This document shows, in pieces, positions 20,828-31,483 of a DNA stretch of 64,000 bases (within the stretch, counting starts at the first letter, position 1; every line of letters starts with the position of its first letter). The stretch covers positions 1 to 64,000 of the forward strand of contig CAWJZV010000030.1 of assembly GCA_963847445.1 (NCBI GenBank). The letters run 5' to 3'. Source of the stretch: an uncultured delta proteobacterium. GTDB taxonomy: Bacteria > Desulfobacterota > Binatia > UBA9968. The notes below the pieces were generated by a model. The model was not told the DNA's origin and did not search any database. It saw only the letters and a list, made by a program, of their open reading frames with translations. The position numbers and the translations under genes were made by a program.

Positions 20828-20856
20828 CATAGATTCAAATCGTGTCGGGGACGCCA
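20815..20856 (+). repeat. att-like direct repeat of tRNA-Glu 3' half
   Basis: TTCACGCCGATAACAtaGaTTCAAATCgtGTCGGGGACGCCA versus 17547..17588. Confidence 0.85.
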
Positions 20857-21412
20857 GATCAGGTCAATCTGCCAAATTAGACGCGGCAAACACAAACGAC
20901 GCCATGCAATAATTCGGTAAGATTGGTTCTTACACTTAGAATTGGTTTAGGGAGAAATAAACATAAAAACAGGCAACTACGAACCATTGCTAGTCCCTGC
21001 AACGCCACAGCGCCAGGGATGAGATCAAAGCATTAACAGCGCAACGGGATGAGCTGACTAAGGTGCTGAAACGAATGTTGGCAGACGTGGAGGCCTGGAA
21101 GGCTCACCCTAACGGACATTCGCCGACGATCTGTATTGCGCAAGCCCATGAAGCCCTAGCCAAGCTATAAAGGCGCGAAACGAGGTTTACCCTAGGTTTT
21201 TCAACTTTGACGACCGTGGCGTAGCCGAGGTATTCGGGTTGGCGTTTGCGCGGCTGATGGTCGATACAAGCTCGCCTGAGCTCGTAGCACGGCAGCGAGT
21301 TATTGAACGGCAAACCCCAAAATCGCCATATCGACGTTAATAGAAATACGTGGGCTTGAGCATCGGTGCGCCTTTTTTTTTAATAGCCACTGGGATACAA
21401 GGCGTTGCTTAG

Positions 21413-21850
21413 GTGCACTCAATGACAGTTCCAATAATCACGGCGGTTCTCACAATTATCGGTAGCGTCATTGTCTACGTTGCCGGTCAATTCATCAGCA
21501 AATTAATCATTGATCCATACCAGGACTACAGGAAAACTGTCGGCGAGATTGCTCACGCGCTCGTCTACTACGACAATGTGTCCGAGCGCAGCCGAAGGGA
21601 ATTGCAAGATGAGGCTGCAAAGGCGCTCAGGGACAAGGCTGCTTTACTTCGTTCCAAAGCTTATTGTATTCACTTCTACAGCTGGATTGCTCGCATCCTT
21701 CCAAACCGTATCCCAACATTCGCCTCAGTAATTGCCGCATCCAACGCCCTCATCGCTCTTAGCAATAGCGTGCACGGCGGTGATTTTGTTGGGATGAGGA
21801 AATACAAACTAACGGTCATTCGCTGTCTGAACTTACCAGTTGATTACTGA
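21413..21850 (+). CDS. Hypothetical single-pass membrane protein, lower GC
   Basis: N-terminal TM helix, 145 aa. Confidence 0.6.
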   Translation: MHSMTVPIITAVLTIIGSVIVYVAGQFISKLIIDPYQDYRKTVGEIAHALVYYDNVSERSRRELQDEAAKALRDKAALLRSKAYCIHFYSWIARILPNRIPTFASVIAASNALIALSNSVHGGDFVGMRKYKLTVIRCLNLPVDY

Positions 21851-22013
21851 ACACTCCTGGTCGTAATTACCGCCGCCCAACAACACTAAACCGGCTGTTC
21901 GTTAGCGTATGCCCCGGCTCGATCTCGTTCCCATCCATGGCCACAGCGCAACTCAACGTATCAAACCTCTTGAGAACCTCGGGAGATAAGAGCGCCCCGC
22001 GATGATGCAGCCA

Positions 22014-22042
22014 AAAAAAAGCCCTTGGTTTCCCAAGGGCTT
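22014..22042 (-). terminator. Intrinsic terminator after tRNA-Gly
   Basis: AAGCCCTTGGGAAACCAAGGGC hairpin followed by a T run on the minus strand. Confidence 0.8.
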
Positions 22043-22047
22043 GAAGG

Positions 22048-22124
22048 TGGAGCGGGTGATCGGGGTCGAACCGACGACCTTATGCTTGGCAAGCATACGC
22101 TCTAGCCAACTGAGCTACACCCGC
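22048..22124 (-). tRNA. tRNA-Gly(GCC)
   Basis: Anticodon arm TATGC-TTGCCAA-GCATA, CCA end; TTGACA-N17-TAGAAA promoter at 22135..22163. Confidence 0.97.
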
Positions 22125-22176
22125 ATCAAGTAAATTTCTACATGATGGCCTGGGCTTTGTCAATTTCGCTGGCGAT

Positions 22177-22746
22177 CTAGCGGGCGCTGCGGGCCAGTCG
22201 CAGGCGAAAGAACTGCACATGATAGTTGACGCCGGACCAGACCGCGATCACGGCGGACAGCACGAGGAAATACATCCCGGCGACAAAGAAATCCAAACCC
22301 CAGTATTGGTAATGCACGAGCAGCCCGACGATGGCGTAGGCTTGCATGATGAACTTATATTTACCCAAGGTCTCGGCATGCATGACGATGCCGTCGGAGA
22401 GCGCGATGCCGCGTATCACCGTGACCGCGCTCTCACGGGCAAGGATCACCACGACCAACCAGGCTGGCACGCTGGGCTCACCGGGCCGGTCCATGGCAGC
22501 GAGCATGATCAAGGCGGAGGCAACCATGAGCTTGTCCGCTAGTGGATCGAGGATCTTGCCGAGATCGGAAACGCTCTTGTTGCGCCGGGCGAAGTAGCCG
22601 TCGAAGTAATCGGTGATCGATGCCACCAGGAACAGCACGGCGGCCCACAGCGACGAGCGGCGGTCAGGAAAGCTCAGCAGATAAACCAAGAGCGGGATAA
22701 TCAGAATGCGAAATAGACTAAGCAGGTTCGGTAGTGTCCAAACCAT
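22177..22746 (-). CDS. pgsA: CDP-diacylglycerol--glycerol-3-phosphate 3-phosphatidyltransferase
   Basis: PNLLSLFR, TDYFDGYFARR, GKILDPLADK; adjacent tRNA-Gly. Confidence 0.93.
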   Translation of the reverse strand: MVWTLPNLLSLFRILIIPLLVYLLSFPDRRSSLWAAVLFLVASITDYFDGYFARRNKSVSDLGKILDPLADKLMVASALIMLAAMDRPGEPSVPAWLVVVILARESAVTVIRGIALSDGIVMHAETLGKYKFIMQAYAIVGLLVHYQYWGLDFFVAGMYFLVLSAVIAVWSGVNYHVQFFRLRLARSAR

Positions 22747-22781
22747 CGGGCCTCGAGAAAAACTAGTGCGAAATTAGCGCG

Positions 22782-23390
22782 CTACTGGGGCGCTTGCTGT
22801 AGAGGATTGAGACCGGTGCCGCGAAAGGCATCGTAAAAGCGCAGGACCTTGCGGACATACTCGCGGGTCTCGTTAAACGGCGGAATGCCGCCATGCTTTT
22901 CGACTGCGCCGGCTCCGGCGTTGTATGCTGCGAGCGACAATTCGAAATTGCCCTGGTAGCGTTCCAGCAGCATTCGTAGATGGCGCACGCCGCCATCAAC
23001 GTTTTCATTGGGATTGTAGGCATCGCTGACATTATGCAAGCGCGCTGTGTCAGGCATGAGTTGCATCAAACCCATGGCGCCCTTGTGCGAGCGCGCGTTA
23101 CTGTTGAAATCGGATTCGGTCTTGATCACGGCGCGGATTAGATCCGGATCGACATTGTAGCGGCCCGAAGCTGAGCTGATCAACTCGTCAAACGCCGTGC
23201 CAGTCGTTGCGCCGCCGCCGAACGCGGCCCCGCTGTCTCTAAGTATCCGCTTATAGCCGGTGTGGTTCGGCACATTGGTGAAGGTTAAAACCCCCTGCCT
23301 GTCCTTGAACATATAAACATCGGCGTGCGCCGGCTGAGCCGCGGCGACAAATAGACAAACGGCGGCAAGAGTTATGATTATACGTGTCAT
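22782..23390 (-). CDS. Lytic transglycosylase (SLT domain, DUF4124-like N-terminus)
   Basis: [24 protein letters not shown]; TTGACA-N17-TATTCT promoter supports start at 23390. Confidence 0.9.
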   Translation of the reverse strand: MTRIIITLAAVCLFVAAAQPAHADVYMFKDRQGVLTFTNVPNHTGYKRILRDSGAAFGGGATTGTAFDELISSASGRYNVDPDLIRAVIKTESDFNSNARSHKGAMGLMQLMPDTARLHNVSDAYNPNENVDGGVRHLRMLLERYQGNFELSLAAYNAGAGAVEKHGGIPPFNETREYVRKVLRFYDAFRGTGLNPLQQAPQ

Positions 23391-23481
23391 GAGAATACCG
23401 GAGAAGTTCTTAGTGGCGCTAGAATAGCTGCGCAACGGCGGGCTGTCAAATTAATGGGGCCGGCAATCTGTCACGAATCGA

Positions 23482-23922
23482 TTATTTTTTGCGAGAGACC
23501 GCAGTTTGTGCCGATAATTCCCCATTCACCAACTGATGAACCAGGGGCAAGTCCCCTTCGAGAAAGTCAAATTTCGCTATTTCGGCCAGGCTCGACCAGG
23601 CGATCTGTTCGAATACAAGATTTTTGATGACTCCTTGGTAATCCAGGACCTGATAAAAGCATAGCGAGACATCGGGCCCATCGGCATAGGCGTGGTTGTG
23701 GCGCTGAATCAATTTTAACTCACCGGTGCCGATGTCGAGTTCTTCTTTAAGTTCGCGAGCCAAGGCTGAGGTGGCCGATTCCCCGGCTTCAATTTTGCCG
23801 CCGGGAAACTCCCACTTGAGCGGAAAGGCAGCGTTGTGGTGGCGTTGGCAAACCAACAGATTTGGGCCATCGAAGATTAGCCCGGCGACAACTTCTATTT
23901 GCTTGCGTCTGGGCTGTTCCAT
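23482..23922 (-). CDS. MutT-like NUDIX (d)NTP pyrophosphohydrolase
   Basis: WEFPGGKIEAGESATSALARELKEELDI Nudix box. Confidence 0.9.
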   Translation of the reverse strand: MEQPRRKQIEVVAGLIFDGPNLLVCQRHHNAAFPLKWEFPGGKIEAGESATSALARELKEELDIGTGELKLIQRHNHAYADGPDVSLCFYQVLDYQGVIKNLVFEQIAWSSLAEIAKFDFLEGDLPLVHQLVNGELSAQTAVSRKK

Positions 23923-23940
23923 CGACGTCCCTCGCAGTGA

Positions 23941-24117
23941 CTACTCGTATACGTCGAGAAAGTTGCCGTCGGGATCATCCGCCACTTGATGCTGTCCGTA
24001 ACGGTAGGCTGCCAGCAAACCGAGCACGACTTTGTGTTCCGAAACCAAATTAGGCGCCAGCGGCGACAGCCATTCCGGGTCGACTTCGCGCAGGATTTCG
24101 ACGTCTTTTAGGCTCAC
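23941..24117 (-). CDS. 58-aa ORF or 3' remnant of an interrupted gene
   Basis: VSLKDVEILREVDPEWLSPLAPNLVSEHKVVLGLLAAYRYGQHQVADDPDGNFLDVYE-stop, host-like codon usage; below ORF-track cutoff. Confidence 0.4.
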   Translation of the reverse strand: MSLKDVEILREVDPEWLSPLAPNLVSEHKVVLGLLAAYRYGQHQVADDPDGNFLDVYE

Positions 24118-24165
24118 TCCATATCAGTGTGGAAACAGGAATGGAAACAATGAAACCAGTCTAAA

Positions 24166-24690
24166 TCAAACTGCAATCTCGTACTTCTCGACCAGTGCCG
24201 TCGCTTCCTTCGCTATCGTACAGAACACAAACGTCCCTGCCATTTCAAGGGCAAAGTTGTTCTTTATCCCGCAGAATTTGACGAATCTCCAGCCAAGGCG
24301 GTCGAGATCATCCGGGGAGTCACTAAAGGTTTTTTGGTATTCACCAAAATGCTTCGTGATCTTATCTACAAGGAGTGGGCTGCCATTTCGCAAACGTTCT
24401 ATAAAAGCCTCGCGCACTGATTCCCGCTGCTTAAACTTCTCACTTACACCGCCAGTAATACCGGTGCTCACCGCGAAAAATAATAGGCAGTTAATCTCCT
24501 CCAGCAAACGCTCCTGTCCAATCAGTTTGGATGCTGCTGTAAGGGGACGAATGGTACTCATTAAATTAATCGCTCGCTCTCCGAATATGAGCTGGTGCAG
24601 TTGTATAGCCAGTTCCTTGGGTGTGATCTTAGAACTTGTACTAAAAAAACCCATACGGCCGCTTATTTCGCACTCCACCTGCAAACGCAA
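24166..24690 (-). CDS. Hypothetical protein, lower GC (probable start MGFF ~24654)
   Basis: 174-aa ORF in AT-richer segment. Confidence 0.5.
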   Translation of the reverse strand: MRLQVECEISGRMGFFSTSSKITPKELAIQLHQLIFGERAINLMSTIRPLTAASKLIGQERLLEEINCLLFFAVSTGITGGVSEKFKQRESVREAFIERLRNGSPLLVDKITKHFGEYQKTFSDSPDDLDRLGWRFVKFCGIKNNFALEMAGTFVFCTIAKEATALVEKYEIAV

Positions 24691-24986
24691 ACCGGAAGGG
24701 TTGCGCGCAATGCGTCCAGGTTTAAATCGAGATTCTTCCGCACGTCGTGATTCGGACGCTCATCGATCGTATTCAGCAGACACCGCAACAACACCAAGCG
24801 AAGAAGCGCTTTGCCCTCAGATATATTCTATGATTGCTCTGCAATCTGCTTTGTAGGTTGTAGCCCTACCCTGTTTCCACGTAGTTTCCACGCTTCATCG
24901 ATTCAACCGACAGGCACCTCAATTCTATTTCCACTCTTTTAATTGTAGCTCACTTATCCCAGGACTATTCGATGTGCGAGTAGGAA

Positions 24987-25646
24987 TCAAAGCGCCGCAA
25001 CACATTCGGGAGAGTCAAACAGCGGACTGTTCACCAACTTGGAAACGTCGTGGCCATCCATCAACTCAGCTGGAAAAGGTCTAAGCAAGCTTAGAGCGTG
25101 GCCGATCTCACCGCCGCTAAGCCATTCAAGCGCGTTGCTGTCGCTAAGCATAACCGGCATACGATTGTGAACTGGTGCGAGCATTTCGTTGGGCTCGGTC
25201 GTGACGATTGTGTAAGTCCGCAACGTTTGGCCGTCTGGTTTCTTCCAAGCGTCCCACAAGCCGGCAAGCACGAACGGTTCGCCACTCTTGAGCTTGAACA
25301 GCATTGGCACTTTGCCCTTGCCTTCTTTACGCCATTCGTAGAAGCCATCCGCTAACACCAGACAACGGCGATTGTTGAGCAGACGCTTAAAGGTGGATTT
25401 CTCCGCTAGGGTTTCGGCGCGGGCGTTGATCATGCGATTACCTATCGAAATGTCTTTGGCCCATGATGGCACCAATCCCCATTGGAATAGCTCCACACGG
25501 TTCGCGCCGTCAAGGTTCGCTATGACCGGTGCTTGCTGCGTTGGCGCGATGTTGTAGCGGGGCTTGAACAGCGGAATCTCTTCAAGGTTGAAGCGTAGTT
25601 TGAGATCGGAAAATTCACCGGGGGTAACTTTGTATCGTCCGCACAT
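24987..25646 (-). CDS. SOS response-associated peptidase (SRAP/YedK/HMCES family)
   Basis: N-terminal MCGRY, RYNIAPTQ, INARAET, DGFYEW, HNRMPV. Confidence 0.93.
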   Translation of the reverse strand: MCGRYKVTPGEFSDLKLRFNLEEIPLFKPRYNIAPTQQAPVIANLDGANRVELFQWGLVPSWAKDISIGNRMINARAETLAEKSTFKRLLNNRRCLVLADGFYEWRKEGKGKVPMLFKLKSGEPFVLAGLWDAWKKPDGQTLRTYTIVTTEPNEMLAPVHNRMPVMLSDSNALEWLSGGEIGHALSLLRPFPAELMDGHDVSKLVNSPLFDSPECVAAL

Positions 25647-26012
25647 GCGGAAATCGTACCACGTGGGAGCTGTAGGAAAATAGGCAAAACTGACGCAGCG
25701 GTAAATCGTGGTCGAACGGGAGAACCGACACCCGAGACAAGCGCTCGAAGCGAATTTTTATTGACGTCCGCTGATAACAAATGGCGCCGCTCGGGTTATA
25801 GTACCGTGTATAAGCGGGCCAGGTCTCGCGCTGCTGGAAATTAAAAGCCTTTGTATTGTTCCATCATAAAGCCAGTGCGCCATTGACCACTCGTACTGAG
25901 CCGATGGCAAACGGGGGCCGAGCCCTAAGCGCGACGGCGGGCATAGGGTGAAAACCTGATAGACTTACTTGTGAAAGGTAAGGTAAACGAGCGTAATCTA
26001 AGTTTGATTGGT

Positions 26013-26029
26013 AGGGCACGCTCTCTGCT
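26013..26029 (+). promoter_or_regulatory. Sigma54 (-24/-12) promoter of flp pilin
   Basis: GGGCACGCTCTCTGCT: GG-N10-GC spacing, ~67 nt upstream of ATG. Confidence 0.6.
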
Positions 26030-26095
26030 TAGGTCAAGTATCAGTGTTTAAAAGCAAATAAGGGCAAGAGTCTCTAAGAAAGTGGGTGAATTTAG

Positions 26096-26290
26096 ATGAA
26101 GCTGTTGAAACGTTTGTTAGTCGAAGAAGATGGTCAAGGTCTCGTTGAGTACACTTTGATCGTGGTTTTGGTGGCGCTCGTTTTTTGGGTCGCCGTTAAG
26201 AATACTAATATTGGTAATGGATTGGCGAGTGGTTGGAGTAAGATAACGGCGTGTGTTGGTGCGCCCTCAAGTTGCGATTCGGCATCCTAG
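26096..26290 (+). CDS. flp: Flp/Fap type IVb pilin
   Basis: EEDG^QGLVEY prepilin cleavage/Flp motif followed by hydrophobic helix. Confidence 0.88.
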   Translation: MKLLKRLLVEEDGQGLVEYTLIVVLVALVFWVAVKNTNIGNGLASGWSKITACVGAPSSCDSAS

Positions 26291-26412
26291 TTCTGCAACT
26301 TTCCTGCGCATTGATGGCAAGGGTAACTCTTTGCTGTCAATTCGCATCGACACGACAGTGGAAACAATTGTAAAGAAGATCAGACTTATGGCGTGTAACC
26401 CATTGAAAAGAA

Positions 26413-26489
26413 TGGCGCGCCTGGAGGGACTTGAACCCCCAACCCTCAGATTCGAAGTCTGATGCTCTATCCACTTGAGCTACAGGCGC
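26413..26489 (-). tRNA. tRNA-Arg(TCG)
   Basis: Anticodon arm TCAGA-CTTCGAA-TCTGA, CCA end. Confidence 0.96.
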
Positions 26490-26503
26490 ACATGCGGCAT
26501 CGG

Positions 26504-28291
26504 TTATTGAAAATAGACGATATCCAGCCCTTTTTCAAAAAAGAAACGGTGTAACCCAGCGGGAATCTGCCGGTCGGTGACAAACATCGAGCGCTGCGGC
26601 AGATGAAATCCCCATGCGGTCACCGTCAAGCGATCTTTTGCCTCGCCATTGGCCGCCGGGAAACGATGCTCGCGATAGGCGGTCGGGGCGCCTAACAGAT
26701 TCACAATCCGGTTGATCACCTCCCGCGAACTTAAGGTGGTCAGATCGAGGTCGACAGCGCGCACCCCTTGAGTTTCTTGCAGCGCCTTGACGACTTCGGA
26801 GTCGGGGCGCTGGAAAAATAACGCGGTCTTTGTGCCGGAGAACTCAAATACGCGATCGCTGCGGGCATCGAGGCGCAGGCCGTCGCGCAGCTGCACGGAA
26901 ATGCTTTCCGCCACGCCGAACGGCACACCGAAGGAAAACAGCAACGCATCGACCATCTCGCGCTTATCACGCGGCCAGGTTTTGATCTGGGTCAAGACAT
27001 CCTTGGATTCGCTTCTGGCCTGCTGCGCCGCTTGGATCGGCGCACCCGACACCAGGATATCTTGCAGATGCAAGCCGTTTTTTTGTAACTGGCTCTTTAG
27101 ATAGTCGGGAATTTCACCAGCGGCTTCGGCCAAACTGATGAGATAAACTTCCTGCGGCTGGTTGCTCTGCGCCGGCGCCAGCGCCATCCAGCTACCCTTG
27201 GCCTCGTAGGCAACCCCTTCTTCTTGAACGATCACCGGCCGGTCGGTGGGCAGCGATTGATAGCCCAATCCAGCGAGCAATTGGTTAACCGCATTTTGGA
27301 TGGAAACGCCGTTGGCCATCGGCACGATCGCTGTGCCGACTCGTGGATCCGCCAGCTTGCTACGCAGGGACGCGGGAATTTTTCCGTCCGGGTCGATTAC
27401 CACTTTCTGGCGTAGCGCGGCACTGTACACCACCGGATAGCTCGCCTTGTCGAAACGAAGGTTGCCATCAATGATCGATATCACTTCTTCACCGCTATTT
27501 TGCATTTCACCGCCGATCGCCTCAGCGATTTTGGCGAACAGCGCCATGTTCTCTTTGGCCGGCGCGCGCATCGCCTGACGGCGATCGAGCGTGGCGGCAG
27601 CCGGTTTAGTTTCACTCGTTGGCCGAGATCCCAACGCCGGACGATTTTCCGCCGGGGTGGTTTCAACGGGTGGCAAAGACTTGAGCGCCGGCGCTGCCGC
27701 GACTTGACCCCCTTGGCCTAGCATCGGTAAGCGAATGATCTCGCCTTCGGATATGCTATCCCAGTTCTTGCGCTCAGGATTCAAGTCTTTGACCAAAGCG
27801 TAATACTGCGCCAATTTGAGCTCGTCGGTGGGTTTTAACTGTTCGCGCAGGATTTGGTAGAGATGCTCGCCGGCTTTGACCCGATAGTTGGTCGTGGTTC
27901 CCCGGCCGCTGTTCGAGCGATCTGCCGATAGGTCCGACACCGGGCGTGCGCCAGCGACTTGATCTGGCCGCAGCGGGATAAAAATCTTGTCGCCGACCCG
28001 GAGGATTTGAGGATCTTTGATTTGCGGATTCAGCCCGCGAATCACCACCAGGTAACTGTGAAAGTGCTGTCCGGGCAAACCTTTGTCGCGCACCAACATG
28101 CGCCACAGAGTATCCCCCGGGACGATTTGGCGCTCCTCACCTTCAACTTCGCGTCCCTGGTAGGGCCGGCTCTGAGCCGACCGCCGTAAATTAATCTCCG
28201 CTTGGCCGCCACCGGCCGTTTCCTGCGCCAGAACCGACCAACTCCCAGCGAGCCGCCGACCACAAACCAACGGCAATAAGGAATCCGCCAC
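26504..28291 (-). CDS. LysM peptidoglycan-binding domain protein
   Basis: Two LysM-like repeats (IVPGDTLW...LNPQIKDPQILRVGDKIFIP; YRVKAGEHL...LNPE...ISEGEIIRLP). Confidence 0.8.
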   Translation of the reverse strand: MADSLLPLVCGRRLAGSWSVLAQETAGGGQAEINLRRSAQSRPYQGREVEGEERQIVPGDTLWRMLVRDKGLPGQHFHSYLVVIRGLNPQIKDPQILRVGDKIFIPLRPDQVAGARPVSDLSADRSNSGRGTTTNYRVKAGEHLYQILREQLKPTDELKLAQYYALVKDLNPERKNWDSISEGEIIRLPMLGQGGQVAAAPALKSLPPVETTPAENRPALGSRPTSETKPAAATLDRRQAMRAPAKENMALFAKIAEAIGGEMQNSGEEVISIIDGNLRFDKASYPVVYSAALRQKVVIDPDGKIPASLRSKLADPRVGTAIVPMANGVSIQNAVNQLLAGLGYQSLPTDRPVIVQEEGVAYEAKGSWMALAPAQSNQPQEVYLISLAEAAGEIPDYLKSQLQKNGLHLQDILVSGAPIQAAQQARSESKDVLTQIKTWPRDKREMVDALLFSFGVPFGVAESISVQLRDGLRLDARSDRVFEFSGTKTALFFQRPDSEVVKALQETQGVRAVDLDLTTLSSREVINRIVNLLGAPTAYREHRFPAANGEAKDRLTVTAWGFHLPQRSMFVTDRQIPAGLHRFFFEKGLDIVYFQ

Positions 28292-28303
28292 CAGCCCCGC
28301 CCA

Positions 28304-29709
28304 TCATCTTACTTTCCATATCGTCCCCTCCGGCGTGTCCTCAATCGCGACTCCGTGCCGATTGAGCTCATCGCGAATTCGATCCGCTTCCGGAAAATTC
28401 TTGGCTTTGCGCGCTTCGTTGCGCTGGCCGATCGCCGCCAGGATCTCCCCTTCCGATAGGATGCTGTTTTTTAACCAGCGCTGTTTCTTGCGCTCAAAAT
28501 AACCTTCCTGCAGCAGTCCCAAAACATCGCACATGGAACGCAAGGCCGCATAGCGCGCGGCAATGCCCTTGGCTTGTTTTTCGTCGACCAGCTTATTGAG
28601 CGCGCGCACTTCATCGAAGATCAGCGCCAGCGCCCGCGGCGTGTTGAAATCATCGTCCATCTCCTGGCGGAACGATTCCATCAGCGCGCCATCGGCGGTC
28701 GCTTGGGCGCTGGCCTTGACCGATTTCCCCAACCGCTCGATGGTATCGAAGATCCGGTCGGCCGCTTTGCTCGCCTCTGCCAAGCCATCTTTAGAGAAGT
28801 CCAGCGGATTGCGATAGTGGCTGCCGAGAAAAAAATGGCGCAACGCCACCGCATCGAATTCGCCGAGAATATCGCGAATGGTGAAAAAATTGCCGAGCGA
28901 CTTGGACATCTTTTCGTGATTGATGTTGAGAAAGCCGGCGTGAATCCAATAGCGCGCCAACGCTTGGCCGAATGCGCCCTCGGATTGAGCGATTTCGTTC
29001 TCGTGATGGGGAAAAATCAAATCCCGTCCACCGCCGTGAATATCAAATGGCTGGCCGAGATATTTAGTGCTCATGGCCGAACATTCGATATGCCAGCCCG
29101 GCCGCCCGGGACCCCACGGGCTATCCCAGGTCGGCTCGCCGGGTTTGCTCGATTTCCACAAAGCGAAATCCAGCGGCGAGCGCTTGCGTTCATCGACTTC
29201 GACTCGGGCGCCGGCCTCCAGCTCGTCGATCTTTTTACGCGACAGTTTGCCGTATTCGGCAAAGCCCGAAACCGCGTAATACATGTCGCCGTCGACCCGG
29301 TAGGCCAGTGCCTTTGGCTTCGAGCCTTTCAATGATCGCGATGATCTCGGCGATATGCTCGGTGGCGCGCGGTTCGCGCGACGGCCGCAGCCAGCCCAGG
29401 CTCTCACCGTCTTGGGCAAACTCTTCGATGTAACGGCCGGTGATGGTGTCGCAGCTCACCCTCTCGTCGTTGGCTTTGTTGATGATCTTGTCGTCGACAT
29501 CGGTAAAGTTGCGCACGTACTCAACGTCGTAGCCGGAGAACTTCAAATAGCGATAGATGATGTCGAAGGTGAAGAACGAGCGCGCATGGCCGATATGCGC
29601 CGAGTCGTACACCGTCACGCCGCAGACGTACATGCGCACGTTGCCGGGCTCAATGGGCGTAAACGAGTTCTTTAGCGTTGGTCAGAGTGTTGAAAATTTT
29701 CAATGACAT
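28304..29709 (-). CDS. cysS: Cysteine--tRNA ligase (frameshifted)
   Basis: [32 protein letters not shown]. Confidence 0.95.
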
Positions 29710-29809
29710 CGGAGCGGACAGTCAATTTTACGATGCGCCGGTAAATATGCAAGCAATATCGCCCGAATGGCCTTGATTAACCAGAAAAAAAATCATAGAC
29801 CAAAACTCT

Positions 29810-31469
29810 ATGAATTTTGCCAAGCCCTATCACGATCTGCGCGAGTTTATCGGCGAACTGGAAAAGCACGAGAAGCTTTATCGCATCGGCCGCGAAATCA
29901 ACAAAGACAACGAGCTGCAGCCGCTGGTGCGCTGGCAGTATCGCGGCGGCATCGCCGAAGCGCAGCGGCGCGGTTTCTTGTTCGACAACGTCGTCGACGG
30001 CAAAGGCCACAAGTACAACTGCTCGGTGCTGGTCGGCGGCCTGTCCGGCTCGGAAGCGATTTATTCGCTGGGACTTAAATGCCAACCGGAGGAAGTTCCC
30101 GATCGTTGGATCCACGCGCTGGATAATCTGATCCCGCCGATCATGGTCGACAGCGGCCCGGCCCAGGAAGAAGTCCACATGGGCGCCGATCTGCTCGCCC
30201 ATGGCGGCATTAACGAGTTCGCCGTGCCGATCTCCACGCCCGGATTCGACAACGGCCCGTACATCACCGCCGGCCACTGGATCACCAAGGATCCCGAGAC
30301 CGGCCAGCGCAACGTCGGCAACTACCGCGGTCTGATCAAAGGGCCGGATCGCACCGGCCTCATGACCGGCACGCCGCAAGATCTGTCGAATCAATGGGAG
30401 AAATGCCGGCGCATGGGCAAGCCGCTGGAAGTCGCCATCGTCGTCGGCACCATCCCGGTGGTGTCCTATGCCGCGACGCAGAAAGTTCCGCCGGATGTCG
30501 ATGAGTTGGCGCTTGGCGGGCGGTCTCCAGGGAGCGCCAGTAGAATTGATCAAGTGCAAGACCGTCGACCTGGAGGTGCCGGCCACCTCGGAAATCGTCT
30601 TGGAAGGCGTTATCCCCACGCAGTACATGGAAGAAGAAGGCCCCTATGGCGAGTCGATGGGCTATATCGATCCGCGCACGCTGAGCCTCATGTTCGAATT
30701 GAAATGCGTCACGCACCGGAAAAATCCCATCTGGGTTTCGATCATCAGCCAGGTGACGCCGAGCGAAAGCTCGAAGATCAAGGCGATGGGCATGTCGACG
30801 TTGATCAAGCGCTATTTGATCAAGAAAGGCTTTGACAGCGTCCACGATGTCCATCTGATCGAGCCGCTGGTGAATCTGCGCCCCTACGTCGCCGTCAGTC
30901 TCAAGAAGCGCAACGACGAAGAGCCGGGACAAGTCATGCAAGCGATCCTGGATTACGGCGATCGGGTCGGCAAGATGGTCGTTGCCTGCGACGAGGACAT
31001 CAACATCAAAGACCCGGTGGCGGTCACCTGGGCGATCACGCACCGCTCGCAGCCGCACAAGGATTTTAAAATTATTCCCGACCGGCCGTTCGGCGCGACT
31101 CCCATCGGCATGGTCTGCACCCATCCGTCGAGCCGTTACGACCATTCCGAGTCGTCTGTTTTGATCGATGCAACGCGCAAGGCCGACTTCCCGCCGCTGT
31201 CGCTGCCCAAGAAGGAATTCATGGTGCGCGCCAAAGAGCTGTGGGAGGAGCTGGGATTGCCCAACCTCGAACCGCAGGAGCCTTGGCATGGCTATCTGAT
31301 GGGCTATTGGCCGGACGACCTATCCCAAGAAGCCGATCTGGCGGCGCAAAGCGAGCATGAAAAAGTCTGGGAGCGCTTACGCCAAACTCGCGTCCAAGTC
31401 GGCGAAGGCGACACCATGAAAACCATGCGCGCGCGCTGGGGTAAGACCCACTCGGGACGATCGGTTTAA
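29810..31469 (+). CDS. UbiD family prFMN-dependent decarboxylase (frameshift near 30520)
   Basis: DLREFIGELE, RNVGNYR, VPATSEIVLEG, EEGPYGE. Confidence 0.88.
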
Positions 31470-31483
31470 GCGGCGCAGGTTTT

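Larger units (their letters stand above)
17589..20856. mobile_element. Degenerate genomic islet integrated at tRNA-Glu
   Basis: 37/42-nt direct repeat of the tRNA-Glu 3' half at 20815..20856; no integrase left. Confidence 0.75.

Noticed and set aside
25779-25800. att duplication of tRNA-Arg 3' end
   Set aside because: Only about 8 nt match (AATGGCGC); not significant
25895-25970. c-di-GMP (GEMM) riboswitch upstream of flp
   Set aside because: GGCAAAC is present but the GAAA-capped stem and GACGCAAAGC core are absent
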